Source: an uncultured Gemmatimonadales bacterium
GTDB taxonomy: Bacteria > Gemmatimonadota > Gemmatimonadetes > Longimicrobiales > Gaopeijiaceae
Direction of reading: 5' to 3'
Assembly (NCBI GenBank): GCA_963809895.1
Contig: CAWELD010000003.1
Span: forward strand, 1 to 64,000
DNA: 64,000 nucleotides
The translations under genes and the position numbers were made by a program. Below the pieces are notes generated by a model, which was given only the letters and a program-made list of their open reading frames with translations, made no database searches and was not told the origin of the DNA. Shown here piece by piece: positions 49,958 through 60,501 of the stretch (position 1 is its first letter; every line of letters begins with the position of its first letter).

Positions 49958-51022
49958 CTACCGCGTCCCCGTGAAGATCGATTTGGGGATCATCACGTGC
50001 ACGCCCACCTTCTGGTCCACCAGCTCCGTGATGCGCAGGTCGCAGGCCAGGCTCACGAGCCGGTACGCCTCGCCGGGCTCGATGCCGGCGATGTCGCCCA
50101 GAAAGGCCACGGCCTGCCGGATGGCGATCCGTGTGGCCTCGGTGAGGTCCTCGTCGGTGCCCATGGCGATGTAGTGGGTCGGCGTCTCGGCCCGGGGCCA
50201 CTCGATACTCCTGCCCTTGTGCACCACCAGACGCAGGCGGCCGCGAAGAGACGTCTCGATGGCGGTCTGGTCCACCTCGCCATCGCCCTGGGCCGCGTGG
50301 CCGTCGCCCACCTCGAAGAGGGCTCCGGGCACGAACACGGGGATGAACAGCGAGGTGCCGGCCACCAGCTCCTTGTTGTCCAGGTTGCCGGCGTGGACCC
50401 ACGGGGGCACGCTGCTCCAGCGCCCGGCGTCGGGCGGGGGCGCCACGCCCATGCTGCCGAAGAACGGTCGTAGCGGGATCTCCACGCCGGGCTGGAACTC
50501 GGACACCATGCGGTCCCGATCCAGCCACAGGATGCGCGTGCGGGTCTCTGGACAGGCCTCGCGCATGAAGCCGCTACAGCCGTTGTAGCCGTAGGCGATG
50601 GGAAGCTGGATGTCGAGGATCTGTACCTCGAGCACGTCGCCCGGCTCCGCGCCGTCGACGTAGACGGGGCCGGTGAGAATGTGGCCCCCGGGACCCCGAT
50701 CCTCGACCTGGTCGTAGATCTCCCGCAGCGCCGGCTGCACCTGATCGGCGGGAACGCCCGCTTGCTCGAGGCGCTCGGGGCTGTTGGTGATCATGGTGGT
50801 CACGTTGACGACGTCGCCGGACTCCACATGGAGCACCGGCTCGGCCTCGGACCAGTAGTAGCCCCAGGCCACCGTCTCGGGGCCGGCCTCCAGAACGTGA
50901 ACGGTGGCGCCGGGCGGGGCGGTCTGCGCCGCGACGCTCCCGGCACCTCCAGCCAGCACCGTGAGAAGGGCGAGGGGGCCGAGGGGCCGGCCACGAAGTC
51001 GGGGGTGGAGTCGCAGTCGCAT
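49958..51022 (-). CDS. Acetamidase/formamidase family protein with signal peptide
   Basis: HILTGPVYVDGAEPGDVLEV, GNLDNKEL, GDGHAAQGDGEV..TAIE. Confidence 0.92.
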   Translation of the reverse strand: MRLRLHPRLRGRPLGPLALLTVLAGGAGSVAAQTAPPGATVHVLEAGPETVAWGYYWSEAEPVLHVESGDVVNVTTMITNSPERLEQAGVPADQVQPALREIYDQVEDRGPGGHILTGPVYVDGAEPGDVLEVQILDIQLPIAYGYNGCSGFMREACPETRTRILWLDRDRMVSEFQPGVEIPLRPFFGSMGVAPPPDAGRWSSVPPWVHAGNLDNKELVAGTSLFIPVFVPGALFEVGDGHAAQGDGEVDQTAIETSLRGRLRLVVHKGRSIEWPRAETPTHYIAMGTDEDLTEATRIAIRQAVAFLGDIAGIEPGEAYRLVSLACDLRITELVDQKVGVHVMIPKSIFTGTR

Positions 51023-51237
51023 GGAGAACGCGTCCGTGGTAGAGTGAGGGTGCGGATCCAAGAGGCGTCGGCCGCGGCCGTAGGGAAACCCCCTACACGC
51101 GTCCGTCGCCGTCTCACCGACGCGCCATGGTAGAATTCCCCACTCCGCACGCGCGGCTGTTGAACGCACGTTCAAAGCGGGACCACACGCTTCGCGACCA
51201 CTCGAGGGTCCCGCGCCGATCCACCCGGGAGTGCCTC

Positions 51238-51987
51238 ATGTTCAGGCGTTTTATTGCGGCTGCCGTTCTCGCTCTTACCACCTTCGCGTGCACTCGCGAG
51301 GCGGAGCCACCGCCGGCGACCGAGACGCAGCCTACCACCCCGGTGGTCACCGGGCTCGAGGCTCACCTCTCTCCGCAGCAGGAGGCGGGAAAGGGCATGT
51401 TCGAGACGGTCTGCTGGACCTGCCATGGGGTGGCCGGTCGCGGCGACGGCCCTTCGGTGGTCAGCGGCGTGGTGACCGGGGTGCCCAACTTCCAGACGCC
51501 GGAATACGCCAAGCTCACCGTCACCGACCTGCGGGACCGCTTCTCCACGGCCATGGAGGGTCCGGACCCGGAGCATCCCCACATGCGCTACGTGATCCAG
51601 TTCGTGCGGCCGGAGCGCTTCGTCGAGGGCCTGGCCTACATCCCGGTCCTGACGTACCCGGCCGACATGCCGGGCAGCGCCATGGCCGGGCTGGCGCTCT
51701 ACACGACACGGTGCACGGGGTGCCACGGAGAGAAGGGCGATGGAAAGGGCTATGCAGCCCAGTATCTGGAGATCGCCAAGCCCGCGGACTTCACGGCCGA
51801 CACCCTCATCGCCGCCCGCGACTTCCAGGGTCTCTTCAATCGCATCAAGGAGGGCGGCCTGGCGGTGCACGGATCGGCCATGCCGCAATGGGGCGTGGCC
51901 CTCGATGACAACCAGATCTGGGATCTGGTGGCCTACGTGTCGACCTTCCAACCCGGCGTGCTGCCGCCGCTACCCGCCGGGCAGTAG
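51238..51987 (+). CDS. Diheme cytochrome c lipoprotein
   Basis: Lipobox TFAC; CWTCH and CTGCH; SAMPQW..IWDLVAY. Confidence 0.88.
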   Translation: MFRRFIAAAVLALTTFACTREAEPPPATETQPTTPVVTGLEAHLSPQQEAGKGMFETVCWTCHGVAGRGDGPSVVSGVVTGVPNFQTPEYAKLTVTDLRDRFSTAMEGPDPEHPHMRYVIQFVRPERFVEGLAYIPVLTYPADMPGSAMAGLALYTTRCTGCHGEKGDGKGYAAQYLEIAKPADFTADTLIAARDFQGLFNRIKEGGLAVHGSAMPQWGVALDDNQIWDLVAYVSTFQPGVLPPLPAGQ

Positions 51988-52004
51988 TTTCTGCCGACCG
52001 GGCC

Positions 52005-52643
52005 TCACCCGCCCTGGCGGACGAGCTTGAAGTCCAGCTCCAGGGCGATGTGGTCCTCCACGCTCAGCACGATGGCGACGCTGGGCTTCTGCAGCCCGAA
52101 GGTGGCGAAATCGAAGTCGGTGGTGGCCGTCCCGGTGACGGCGTCGGGCGAGAACGTGGCCTCGACCTGCCAGACCGTGGGCCTGGTCACGCCGTGGACG
52201 GTCAGGTCCCCCAGGAGCTCGAAGGACGCTGAGCCCGATTCCGGCAGCGGGAGCGACAGTCCCCGCACCGCAGTGGGCACCAGCCTCGCCTCGGGATACG
52301 TCTCCGTCTCGAGGATGCGCCGTTGCACGTACCCGTCGCGGCGGTCCCGGTCACTCTTCAGGCCCGTGAGATCCACCACGAAGGCCGAGCCCGACGAGTC
52401 CACCGAGCCGTCGTCCAGGAGGACGAGCGTGCCGTGCATCGCGCTGGTGCGCCCCACGGCGTCGTTGGGAAAGTCCACGCGAGCGAGCTGTTCGCGGACG
52501 CGGTAGCGGGCTTCCACGCCCTGGTCGGCCACGGTGAGGTGGATCGTGTCGGGCGCCGGAGCGGAGACAGCCGGAGAGGGTGCGGGGTGAAACGTGACAG
52601 CCCCGCCGGCGAAGGCGGCGAGCGCGGTGGCGAGCAGAGACAT
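52005..52643 (-). CDS. YceI-family protein
   Basis: VDLTGLKSD..RRD, GDLTVHGVTRP, FGL..P. Confidence 0.88.
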   Translation of the reverse strand: MSLLATALAAFAGGAVTFHPAPSPAVSAPAPDTIHLTVADQGVEARYRVREQLARVDFPNDAVGRTSAMHGTLVLLDDGSVDSSGSAFVVDLTGLKSDRDRRDGYVQRRILETETYPEARLVPTAVRGLSLPLPESGSASFELLGDLTVHGVTRPTVWQVEATFSPDAVTGTATTDFDFATFGLQKPSVAIVLSVEDHIALELDFKLVRQGG

Positions 52644-52864
52644 CGTCGGGATCCTCTCGATGCGTTTCGATGTGATGGATGTCGGGACAGGTATTCAAGT
52701 CGAGGACATACCACCTGTGACGTGTGTTGGGTCCAAGGCCTCGCTTCAACGCCCGCCGGATGCCTGGTGTCCTCTCGGGCAGTGGTCGGCCGGGCCTTTC
52801 TCCGGCCTCCGGTGGGTCGTACAATCTCCGCGCCCTCCGACGTCAACGAGCTCCGAGGATCGAC

Positions 52865-55800
52865 ATGTCCCGACGCACGTTTCATTCGCTGCTGACGGCG
52901 GCGCTGCTGGCCTTTGCCGCCCAACCTCTTCTCGCCCAGGGCCAACGGGGTCCGAGAGGCAACGCGGCCGGAAGGGCCGCGGCCACCTCCGACTCCGCCA
53001 TCGTCAACAGCCTGCAGGCGCGGTCCATCGGACCTGCCGTCATGAGCGGCCGGGTGGTGGACATCGCCGTAGCCTCGTCACCCGGTGCCCGGGGCGGCGA
53101 GCTGGGCACGGTGGTGTACGTCGCGGCGGCGTCGGGGGGTGTGTGGAAGTCCACCAACGCCGGCATCTCCTGGACTCCCGTCTTCGACGACGCCGGCGTG
53201 GGGTCCATCGGTGACGTGGCGGTGGCCCCGTCCAACTCCGACATCGTCTGGGTCGGCACCGGCGAGGCCAACAGCCAGCGTAGCTCCTCGTACGGGGACG
53301 GCGTGTACCGGTCGCTGGACGGTGGAGAGACCTTCCAGCACATGGGGCTGCGCGAGTCGCAGCACGTCGGGCGCATCCTGGTGCGGCCCGACAACCCCGA
53401 CGTGGTCTTCGTGGCGGCGGTGGGCCCCCTGTGGGCCGCCGGCGGCCAGCGTGGACTCTTCCGCTCCACCGACGGCGGCGAGACCTGGGACAACGTGCTC
53501 TCCATCGACGAGCACACGGGGGTCACGGACATCGTCATGGACCCGCGCGATCCCGATGTCATGTACGCCGCCAGCTATCAGCGCGAGCGCCGGGCCTACA
53601 GCTACGTGGGCGGCGGTCCCGGTAGCGGCATCTGGAAGTCCACCGACGGCGGCGACACCTGGACCCGCCTGCACCAGGGACTTCCCGCCGGTGACATGGG
53701 CCGCATCGGGCTGGACATCTCGCTGTCGCAGCCCCGCACCCTGTACGCGGTGATCGAGGGATCGGGCGCCGGCGTCTACCGCACGGACAACGAGGGCGCG
53801 AGCTGGCGCCAGATGAGCGACATCCAGTCGATCCCCTGGTACTTCGGCCAGATCCGCGTCGATCCCCAGGACCCCGAGGTGGTCTACCATCTGGGTGTGC
53901 CGCTCGTGCGCTCCGTGGACGGCGGACGGACCTGGGAGAACACCGGTCGCGGTCCCCACTCGGACAACCATGCGCTCTGGATCAATCCGGACAATCCCTC
54001 GCACCTGATCCTGGGCAACGACGGAGGCGTGTACGTGTCGCGGGATCGGGGCGAGACCTGGGACTTCTCGCCCAACCTGCCCATCTCGCAGTTCTACACG
54101 GTGGGCTACGACATGGCCGAGCCCTTCTTCGGTGTCTACGGGGGGCTCCAGGACAACAGCACCTGGGGTGGCCCGAGCCGCACCATGGCGTCCATGGGGA
54201 TTCCGAACTCGCTGTGGTTCCGCATGGCCGGGGGCGACGGGTTCTACGCGGTGGTGGACCCCACCGACGCGAACATCGCCTACGTGGAATCCCAGAACGG
54301 CAACATCCTGCGCTTCGACCGTCGCACGGGAGACCGCAAGGACATCCAGCCCACGCCCGCGCCAGGCGAGGAGTCGTACCGCTTCAACTGGAGCGCGCCC
54401 ATCAAGATCTCGCCCCAGGATCACAACACGATCTACTTCGCCGCCAACTACCTCTTCAAGAGCACCGATCGTGGCGACAGCTGGACGCGTCTGGGCGAGG
54501 ACCTCACGCAGAACATCCAGGAAGACAGCCTGCCCATGATGGGCTCGGTGCCCAAGCCCGATGCGGTGGCGCGTCACGAGGGCACGGCGGCCTTCAGCAA
54601 CATCTCCACCATCGACGTGTCCGAGGTGCAGCCGGGGCTTCTCATCACGGGCTCCGACGACGGCACCATCGCCGTCTCCACCGACGATGGGCAGAGCTGG
54701 CGCAAGCAGACCCACTTCCCGGGCGTGCCGGACACGACCTACGTGAGCAAGGTCCGCCTGTCGGTGCACGACGCCAACGTCATCTACGCCACCTTCGACG
54801 GCCACCGCTCCAACGACTTCACGCCCTACGTGCTCAAGAGCAGCGATCAGGGTCGCACCTGGACGAGCATCGCCTCGAACCTGCCTGCCTTCGGCTCGCT
54901 GCGCTCCTTCGCGGAGCATCCCGAGAATCCCGACCTGCTCTTCGTGGGCTCGGAGATCGCGCCCTGGGTGTCCTTCGACGGCGGCGGCTCGTGGACGCGC
55001 ATCAGCAGCGTGCCGCCGGTGCCCGTGCACGACCTGAAGGTCCATCCGCGCGACAACACCCTCATCATCGCCACCCACGGTCGCGGCTTCTACTTCATCG
55101 ACGATCTGAGCCTCTACCAGCATCTGGCCGAGGCCCGGGCCGCCGACGCGCCCTATCTGTTCCCGGTGGCCGACGCGCTGGCCTTCCTGCCCAACTCGGC
55201 GCCCACCAGCGGTCTGAGCGCTTCGCGGGACTACTCGGGCGACAATCCCCCGGTGGGGACGCGGCTCTCGTACATGCTGCCCTCGTCGGCCTCTGGCCTG
55301 CAGCTCGACGTGGTCGGGCCCGACGGTCAGGTGGTGAGCGAGCTCGACGCGCCGTCCGGCGCCGGTGTCCACAACGTGTGGTGGGACCTCACGGTGGATA
55401 CGCCGTGGGACGGTCCGCCCGAGCAACAGCAGCAGCAGGGTGGGGGTTTCGGGGGATTCGGCGGATTCTTCGGCGGTGGCCGGGGTCCGCTGGTCCTGCC
55501 CGGTCAGTACACGGCCCGCCTGACGGTGGGAGGATCCGGTGGTCCCACGGTCCTGGAGCAGAGCTTCACCGTGGAGAAGGACCCCAACGTCACCCTCACC
55601 ATGGCGCAGCTCCAGGAGCTCCAGGGCATGCGCATGCAGCAGATGCGGCTGAACTCGCGGCTGCAGATGGTGACCCGCTCCATCACCGGCCTGCGTGAGG
55701 CCCTCACCGATGCCCGTGCCGCACTGGACGGGGCCGAGGCCCCGGGCGCCGTCTCGGATCAGCTGGCGGCGCTGCAGCGGGAGCTCAACAGCATCAACAC

Positions 55801-56086
55801 CGCCGTCTCGGGACAGGGCCGCGGCTTCGGTGGCGGCGGTGGCGTCATGCCCGATCCGACGCCCATCGCCACGCGGATCCGTCTGGCCGGCGGCATCCTG
55901 CGCTCCACCAGCATGCCCACGGAGTACGAGCGGCAGGCGCTGGAGAGCGCCCCCGCCGACCTCGAGCGCGAGGTGGGGCGTCTCAATACGCTGATCTCGA
56001 CCCGCCTGCCGGCGCTTCAGCAGGCCATGGACGAGGCCGGGATTCCGTGGACGCCCGGGCGGCCGATCCCCAACCCCGGCGGCTGA
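52865..56086 (+). CDS. VPS10/BNR-repeat glycosyl-hydrolase-like secreted protein
   Basis: RSIGPAVMSGRV, repeated STDGG.TW, GGLQDN, ATHGRG. Confidence 0.9.
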   Translation: MSRRTFHSLLTAALLAFAAQPLLAQGQRGPRGNAAGRAAATSDSAIVNSLQARSIGPAVMSGRVVDIAVASSPGARGGELGTVVYVAAASGGVWKSTNAGISWTPVFDDAGVGSIGDVAVAPSNSDIVWVGTGEANSQRSSSYGDGVYRSLDGGETFQHMGLRESQHVGRILVRPDNPDVVFVAAVGPLWAAGGQRGLFRSTDGGETWDNVLSIDEHTGVTDIVMDPRDPDVMYAASYQRERRAYSYVGGGPGSGIWKSTDGGDTWTRLHQGLPAGDMGRIGLDISLSQPRTLYAVIEGSGAGVYRTDNEGASWRQMSDIQSIPWYFGQIRVDPQDPEVVYHLGVPLVRSVDGGRTWENTGRGPHSDNHALWINPDNPSHLILGNDGGVYVSRDRGETWDFSPNLPISQFYTVGYDMAEPFFGVYGGLQDNSTWGGPSRTMASMGIPNSLWFRMAGGDGFYAVVDPTDANIAYVESQNGNILRFDRRTGDRKDIQPTPAPGEESYRFNWSAPIKISPQDHNTIYFAANYLFKSTDRGDSWTRLGEDLTQNIQEDSLPMMGSVPKPDAVARHEGTAAFSNISTIDVSEVQPGLLITGSDDGTIAVSTDDGQSWRKQTHFPGVPDTTYVSKVRLSVHDANVIYATFDGHRSNDFTPYVLKSSDQGRTWTSIASNLPAFGSLRSFAEHPENPDLLFVGSEIAPWVSFDGGGSWTRISSVPPVPVHDLKVHPRDNTLIIATHGRGFYFIDDLSLYQHLAEARAADAPYLFPVADALAFLPNSAPTSGLSASRDYSGDNPPVGTRLSYMLPSSASGLQLDVVGPDGQVVSELDAPSGAGVHNVWWDLTVDTPWDGPPEQQQQQGGGFGGFGGFFGGGRGPLVLPGQYTARLTVGGSGGPTVLEQSFTVEKDPNVTLTMAQLQELQGMRMQQMRLNSRLQMVTRSITGLREALTDARAALDGAEAPGAVSDQLAALQRELNSINTAVSGQGRGFGGGGGVMPDPTPIATRIRLAGGILRSTSMPTEYERQALESAPADLEREVGRLNTLISTRLPALQQAMDEAGIPWTPGRPIPNPGG

Positions 56087-56116
56087 AGCCGGAGCGCAGC
56101 CGACGTGGAGTGACGA

Positions 56117-56148
56117 GCCCCGCGGTCCCCTCGTCGGGATCGCGGGGC
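56117..56148 (+). terminator. GC-rich stem-loop after VPS10 gene
   Basis: GCCCCGCGGTCCC-CTCGTC-GGGATCGCGGGGC; no U-tract. Confidence 0.4.
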
Positions 56149-56177
56149 AAGTCGCATTCGAGGCACTTGCGCGAAGT

Positions 56178-56194
56178 ACTTTGCAGTACAAAGT
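56178..56194. promoter_or_regulatory. Palindromic operator-like site
   Basis: ACTTTG-cagta-CAAAGT in an AT-rich patch upstream of the 56235 gene. Confidence 0.55.
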
Positions 56195-56234
56195 TAGAGG
56201 AGCGCGGTCAGCCTTCCCGACTGGAGAGCCTCAC

Positions 56235-56639
56235 GTGTCCGCTCTGACGCACTATTTCTTCGACGCCGTCTACCGCCCCAGGAGCGCCTGGAGCGTGGTG
56301 AGCTGGTGGGAGGCCCGCCGGCCCGTCTACAACCTCGTGGTGGGAGCGGCGGGGCTCACGACGGTGGCGGCGGTGACGCTGGTCAACGCGCTGCCACCCT
56401 TTTCCAACCCCATGGCGTTTCCCTGGGTGGGGGCTCTGATCTACGCCATCGTGGCCAACGTCTGCTATTCTCTCGGACCCGCGGCGGACCTGATCGTTCG
56501 CCGGCTGTGGGGCGACGACTACGCGGCCGTGGGCCCCACCCTGTTCCGGTACGGCTTCGTCTTCGCCGTGGGCGTCACGCTGCTCCCCATCCCCCTGGTG
56601 ATCGCGGGATGGGTGATCCGCATCGTGGTGGGGCTGTAG
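56235..56639 (+). CDS. Small membrane protein
   Basis: GGAGAG RBS plus GTG; WWEARR..YN, ANVCYSLG; three TM segments. Confidence 0.78.
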   Translation: MSALTHYFFDAVYRPRSAWSVVSWWEARRPVYNLVVGAAGLTTVAAVTLVNALPPFSNPMAFPWVGALIYAIVANVCYSLGPAADLIVRRLWGDDYAAVGPTLFRYGFVFAVGVTLLPIPLVIAGWVIRIVVGL

Positions 56640-56642
56640 GCT

Positions 56643-59564
56643 TCAACCTCCCGTGAGCCGGGCGAGGCTCTCCAGTCGCTCCTCGGTGAGCTGCACCACC
56701 ATGGGAGTGGGAGGCGCGTCACTGGCCTGCAGGTCCCGGTAGAGCGACTCCAGGTCGCTCGCCAGCCGCGAGACATCCCCATCGGCCGATTCCATGGCGG
56801 CCACCCCGTCCAGGGCGTTCCGGATCCTCATGGACAGCTCGAACTGCTGTCGGAGTGCCGCCTGCGGCGTCTGGACGCGGGGGTCCATAGCCACGCGCAG
56901 CGTGCGCTCCTGCGTCACGCCGTCCACGGTGAGCCGCACCGTGTAGTCACCGGGGAGCGCCCACGGTCCCCGGGGCTCCACCGGGGTGTTTCCGGGGATG
57001 GCGGAGATGGGATAGCCGAGCCGCACGCCGGCGGGCCGGGCGTAGTGCAGGTCCCAGACGAAGCGGTGCATTCCGGGCGCGTCCGACACCTGCTGCGGGG
57101 GCCGGATCCAGAGAGGCGGCACGTTCTGACCCTCCAGCGGGGGTTCGGGCACGTCGGCGCTGCTGAAGCGGCGCACCGTGCGGCCCTGGCCGTCGACGAT
57201 CTCGAGCACGACGGGGCCGGAGGGCGCCCGACCGAGCCAGTAGTCCAGGATGGCGCCGTCGGGCGGGTTCTGGCCCGCAGGCTCGTCAGGCGGCAGCGGC
57301 GTGTCGGTCCAATGGTTCCAACGCACCCGCCACGCGTCGGCAGGCTGGAACAGCAGCGCCGGCTCGCCCGCCGTGGAGGCGTCGATCTGACGCAGCGGGG
57401 TGATGTCGTCCAGGATCCAGAACGAGCGGCCGTGGGTGCCCACCACCAGGTCGTTGTCCTTGACGACCAGATCCCGAATCGCCGTGGCGGGCATATTGAG
57501 GCGGAGCGACTGCCAGTGCTCGCCGTCGTCGATGGAGAAGTAGACGGCCTGCTCCATTCCGGCGAAGAGAAGCCCCGGCCGCTCGGGATCCTCCTTGACC
57601 GCGTTGGCGATGCCCCCGTCGGGAATCCCCTGCGTCATGTGGCGCCAGCTCCGGCCCCCGTCATGGGTCACGTAGATGTGGGGGTTCATGTCGTCCAGGC
57701 GCAGGGTGCTCACCGCGGCGTAGGCGGTGAGGGTGTCCGTGTGCGAGGCATCCATGACGGAGATCTTGCTCCACGGCTTGTCGCGGAGCTGCTCCGGGGT
57801 GACATCGGTCCAGGTGGCGCCGCCGTCGCGGGTCACCTGGATGAGGCCGTCGTCGGTACCTACCCAGATCCAGTCCCCGTCCACGTAGGAGGGGGCGATG
57901 GTGTAGATGACCCCGGGATGGTGCGCCCGGGCCTGGGGCGTGTCGGAGTACTTGCCCACGTTGGGGGGCACCACGGAGTCGGTGCGGGTCAGATCCGGCG
58001 AGATCTGCTGCCAGTGTCGTCCGCCGTCGGAGGTCTTCCAGAGGACGTTGGACGCGAAGTAGAGGGTGTGGGGATCGGTGGGGCTGAACAGGATGGGCTG
58101 TGTGCGCACGACGTGGTAGTCGTCACCCCGGAGGGGCCGCGGCCCCACGTCCTGCACGTCGCCGGTGCGCCGGTCGTAGCGCGACACCTTGCCCCCGTAG
58201 ACGATGTCCGGGTCCAGCGGGTCGGGGGCCACGTAGCCGTACTCCTCGACCCCCACCGGATGCCAGTCCTGGAAGGTGATCTGGCCGTCGTCGCCCCGGC
58301 TCGACACGCAGGCCGAGCCGCTCTCCTGCTGTCCACCGCACACCCGGTAGGGAAAGGCGTTGTCGGTGCTGACGTGGTAGAACTGGGCGGTGGGCTGGTT
58401 GTACCACGAGCTGAAGCTCTCGCCTCCGTTCACGGTGATGACCACGCCCTGGTCCGCCGCCAGCAGGATCACGTCGGGGTCGGTGGGATCGATCCAGATG
58501 CGCTGGTAGTCGTCGCCGCCCGGCGCGCCGCGGAAGGCTTCGAAGGTGCGGCCTCCGTCGGTGGACTTCCACGTCACCACGTTGGCCACGTAGACCACGT
58601 CCGGATCGCTCGGGTCCACGCGCACCTCGTTGAAGTCGCCGTCCCGTCCCCACAGCCGCGGGTCGGTGTTCACGCGCGACCAGCTCTCGCCACCGTCCTC
58701 GCTGCGGTAGACCCCGCCGCGATCCCTGGGCGAGCCGACGATGGCGTACATGCGCTCCGGATGACTGGCCGCGATGCCGATGCCGATGCGGCCCAGGCCT
58801 TCTTCACCCGAGGGCAGCCCGCCGCCGATCTGCTCCCAGGTGTCGCCGCCGTCGGTGGAGCGGAAGAGGCCACTGCCGGGCCCCGAGAACACACCGTTCT
58901 CCCACGGGCCCTGACGGGCTTCCCACAGCACCGCGTAGACCGTGTTCGGGTCGGCCGGGTCCAGGGCCACGTCGGCGGCGCCGATGTCGGGACCGTGATA
59001 GAGCACCTTCTCGAACGTCTGCCCGCCATCGGTCGACCGGAAGACGCCCCGCTGCTCGTTGGGTCCGTAGGGATGGCCGAGCACCGCCACGAACAGCCGG
59101 TCGGGATTCGTGGGGTCGATGTCGATCTGAGGGATCTGCTGGCCGTCTCGCAGCCCCAGATGGATCCAGGTGTCGCCGCCGTCGGACGACCGGTAGATAC
59201 CGTCTCCCACCGTCAGGTCGGGCCGCTGCATCCCCTCGCCGCTCCCTACGTAGATCACGTCGGGATCGGAGGGCGCGATGGCCAGCGCACCGATGGAGCC
59301 CGTGGGCTGGTCGTCGAAGATGGGCACCCAGGTGCGGCCGTAGTCGGTGGTCTTCCAGACGCCGCCGTTGACGAAGCCGGCGTAGAACAGCCCCGGCTCG
59401 CCCGGCACCCCGGCCGCGGCCTTGGTGCGCCCACCCCGATGCGGGCCGATCATGCGCCAGGCCATGTCCCGATAGAGCGCGGGATCCACGCTCTGCGCGG
59501 GAAGATCGGCGGTGGCGAGGGCAGGGAGGAGGGCGGCGGCGAACAGCAGCGTGCGGATGCTCAT
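56643..59564 (-). CDS. VPS10/BNR-repeat glycosyl-hydrolase-like secreted protein
   Basis: WRMIGPHRGGR, repeated STDGG.TW, GGQQESG, GTHGRSFWILDD. Confidence 0.9.
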   Translation of the reverse strand: MSIRTLLFAAALLPALATADLPAQSVDPALYRDMAWRMIGPHRGGRTKAAAGVPGEPGLFYAGFVNGGVWKTTDYGRTWVPIFDDQPTGSIGALAIAPSDPDVIYVGSGEGMQRPDLTVGDGIYRSSDGGDTWIHLGLRDGQQIPQIDIDPTNPDRLFVAVLGHPYGPNEQRGVFRSTDGGQTFEKVLYHGPDIGAADVALDPADPNTVYAVLWEARQGPWENGVFSGPGSGLFRSTDGGDTWEQIGGGLPSGEEGLGRIGIGIAASHPERMYAIVGSPRDRGGVYRSEDGGESWSRVNTDPRLWGRDGDFNEVRVDPSDPDVVYVANVVTWKSTDGGRTFEAFRGAPGGDDYQRIWIDPTDPDVILLAADQGVVITVNGGESFSSWYNQPTAQFYHVSTDNAFPYRVCGGQQESGSACVSSRGDDGQITFQDWHPVGVEEYGYVAPDPLDPDIVYGGKVSRYDRRTGDVQDVGPRPLRGDDYHVVRTQPILFSPTDPHTLYFASNVLWKTSDGGRHWQQISPDLTRTDSVVPPNVGKYSDTPQARAHHPGVIYTIAPSYVDGDWIWVGTDDGLIQVTRDGGATWTDVTPEQLRDKPWSKISVMDASHTDTLTAYAAVSTLRLDDMNPHIYVTHDGGRSWRHMTQGIPDGGIANAVKEDPERPGLLFAGMEQAVYFSIDDGEHWQSLRLNMPATAIRDLVVKDNDLVVGTHGRSFWILDDITPLRQIDASTAGEPALLFQPADAWRVRWNHWTDTPLPPDEPAGQNPPDGAILDYWLGRAPSGPVVLEIVDGQGRTVRRFSSADVPEPPLEGQNVPPLWIRPPQQVSDAPGMHRFVWDLHYARPAGVRLGYPISAIPGNTPVEPRGPWALPGDYTVRLTVDGVTQERTLRVAMDPRVQTPQAALRQQFELSMRIRNALDGVAAMESADGDVSRLASDLESLYRDLQASDAPPTPMVVQLTEERLESLARLTGG

Positions 59565-59646
59565 GGGACCCCGATGGCGAAGGTTGATGGGGTCAAGTTC
59601 GGCGCGGAAGGCGGTGGGGAGCAAGCGTGGACCAGACGCGGCTCCG

Positions 59647-60501
59647 TCACGCGTCGAAGCGATAGCCGTCCAGGTAGTCGTGTTCCGTCACCAGCTCGGC
59701 GACCTCGTTCCGGAGGTCGTGGGGCCAGGACACCCGATGCCGGCTGTGGTGAGGGCTGGTGCGTACGATGGACGCGCACGCCTCCAGATAACCGGGGGTG
59801 GTGTCCAGACCCAGGAAGTCGCACAGCCGGTCCAATTCCATGGCCGGAGCGGCCAGGAACGCCTCGTGCCGGAGGGTGAAGAGGTGCCGACGAGGCAGCC
59901 GGTCACGAATCTGCGTGGCTGTGGCGCACAGGTATCGGTAGCGATCCAGCGCCAGCCTCAGATCCGGCTCGCCACCGGCTTCCAGGGCCGCGCGGGTGGC
60001 CATGGTCGTGACGTTGTCGTAGGGATTGCGCACGACATGCACGACACGGGGGTCGTGGAGCTTTGCGAGCACCCGGTCGAGAAGCTCCGGACGCCCTCCG
60101 ATCCGCAGCGTGGCGCCCTCCGCTTGCTTGTCGCCGATCACCCGCAGGCTACGGTACCGACCCTGCCACATCCCGTCCACGTGGTACACGTACTCGCCGG
60201 AAGACACCCAGCGACGGTCACCGCCCTCCAGCGCCGTGTCCAGGATCATCTGATAGAGGCGGTTTCGCCCGAAGCCGGCACGCACATGCTGCATGGCCGC
60301 CGTCTCGTGGCCGAGCACCACGTCCGGATGCGCGTCCAGGAGCGCCCCGATCAGGGTGTGACCGCTGCGCGGGTAGCCGATGAACATGCAGTAATGCTCG
60401 ACGCGGTCGAAGAGCTCGGCGTTGGCCCGGCTGGTGCGACCGGTTCGCAGCCACGTGCGGGCCAGGCGAACGGTGTCGCTCAGGACGGTTCCGAGGGTCA
60501 C
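59647..60501 (-). CDS. Sulfotransferase
   Basis: 5'-PSB-like IGYPRSGHTL..LDAHP; IGDK; VVRNPYD; GTGA overlap. Confidence 0.85.
   Translation of the reverse strand: MTLGTVLSDTVRLARTWLRTGRTSRANAELFDRVEHYCMFIGYPRSGHTLIGALLDAHPDVVLGHETAAMQHVRAGFGRNRLYQMILDTALEGGDRRWVSSGEYVYHVDGMWQGRYRSLRVIGDKQAEGATLRIGGRPELLDRVLAKLHDPRVVHVVRNPYDNVTTMATRAALEAGGEPDLRLALDRYRYLCATATQIRDRLPRRHLFTLRHEAFLAAPAMELDRLCDFLGLDTTPGYLEACASIVRTSPHHSRHRVSWPHDLRNEVAELVTEHDYLDGYRFDA

Noticed and set aside
53078..59879. Very long antisense ORFs (1037 aa, 944 aa; likewise 39725-41863)
   Set aside because: Expected stop-free shadows of high-GC3 genes; no motifs
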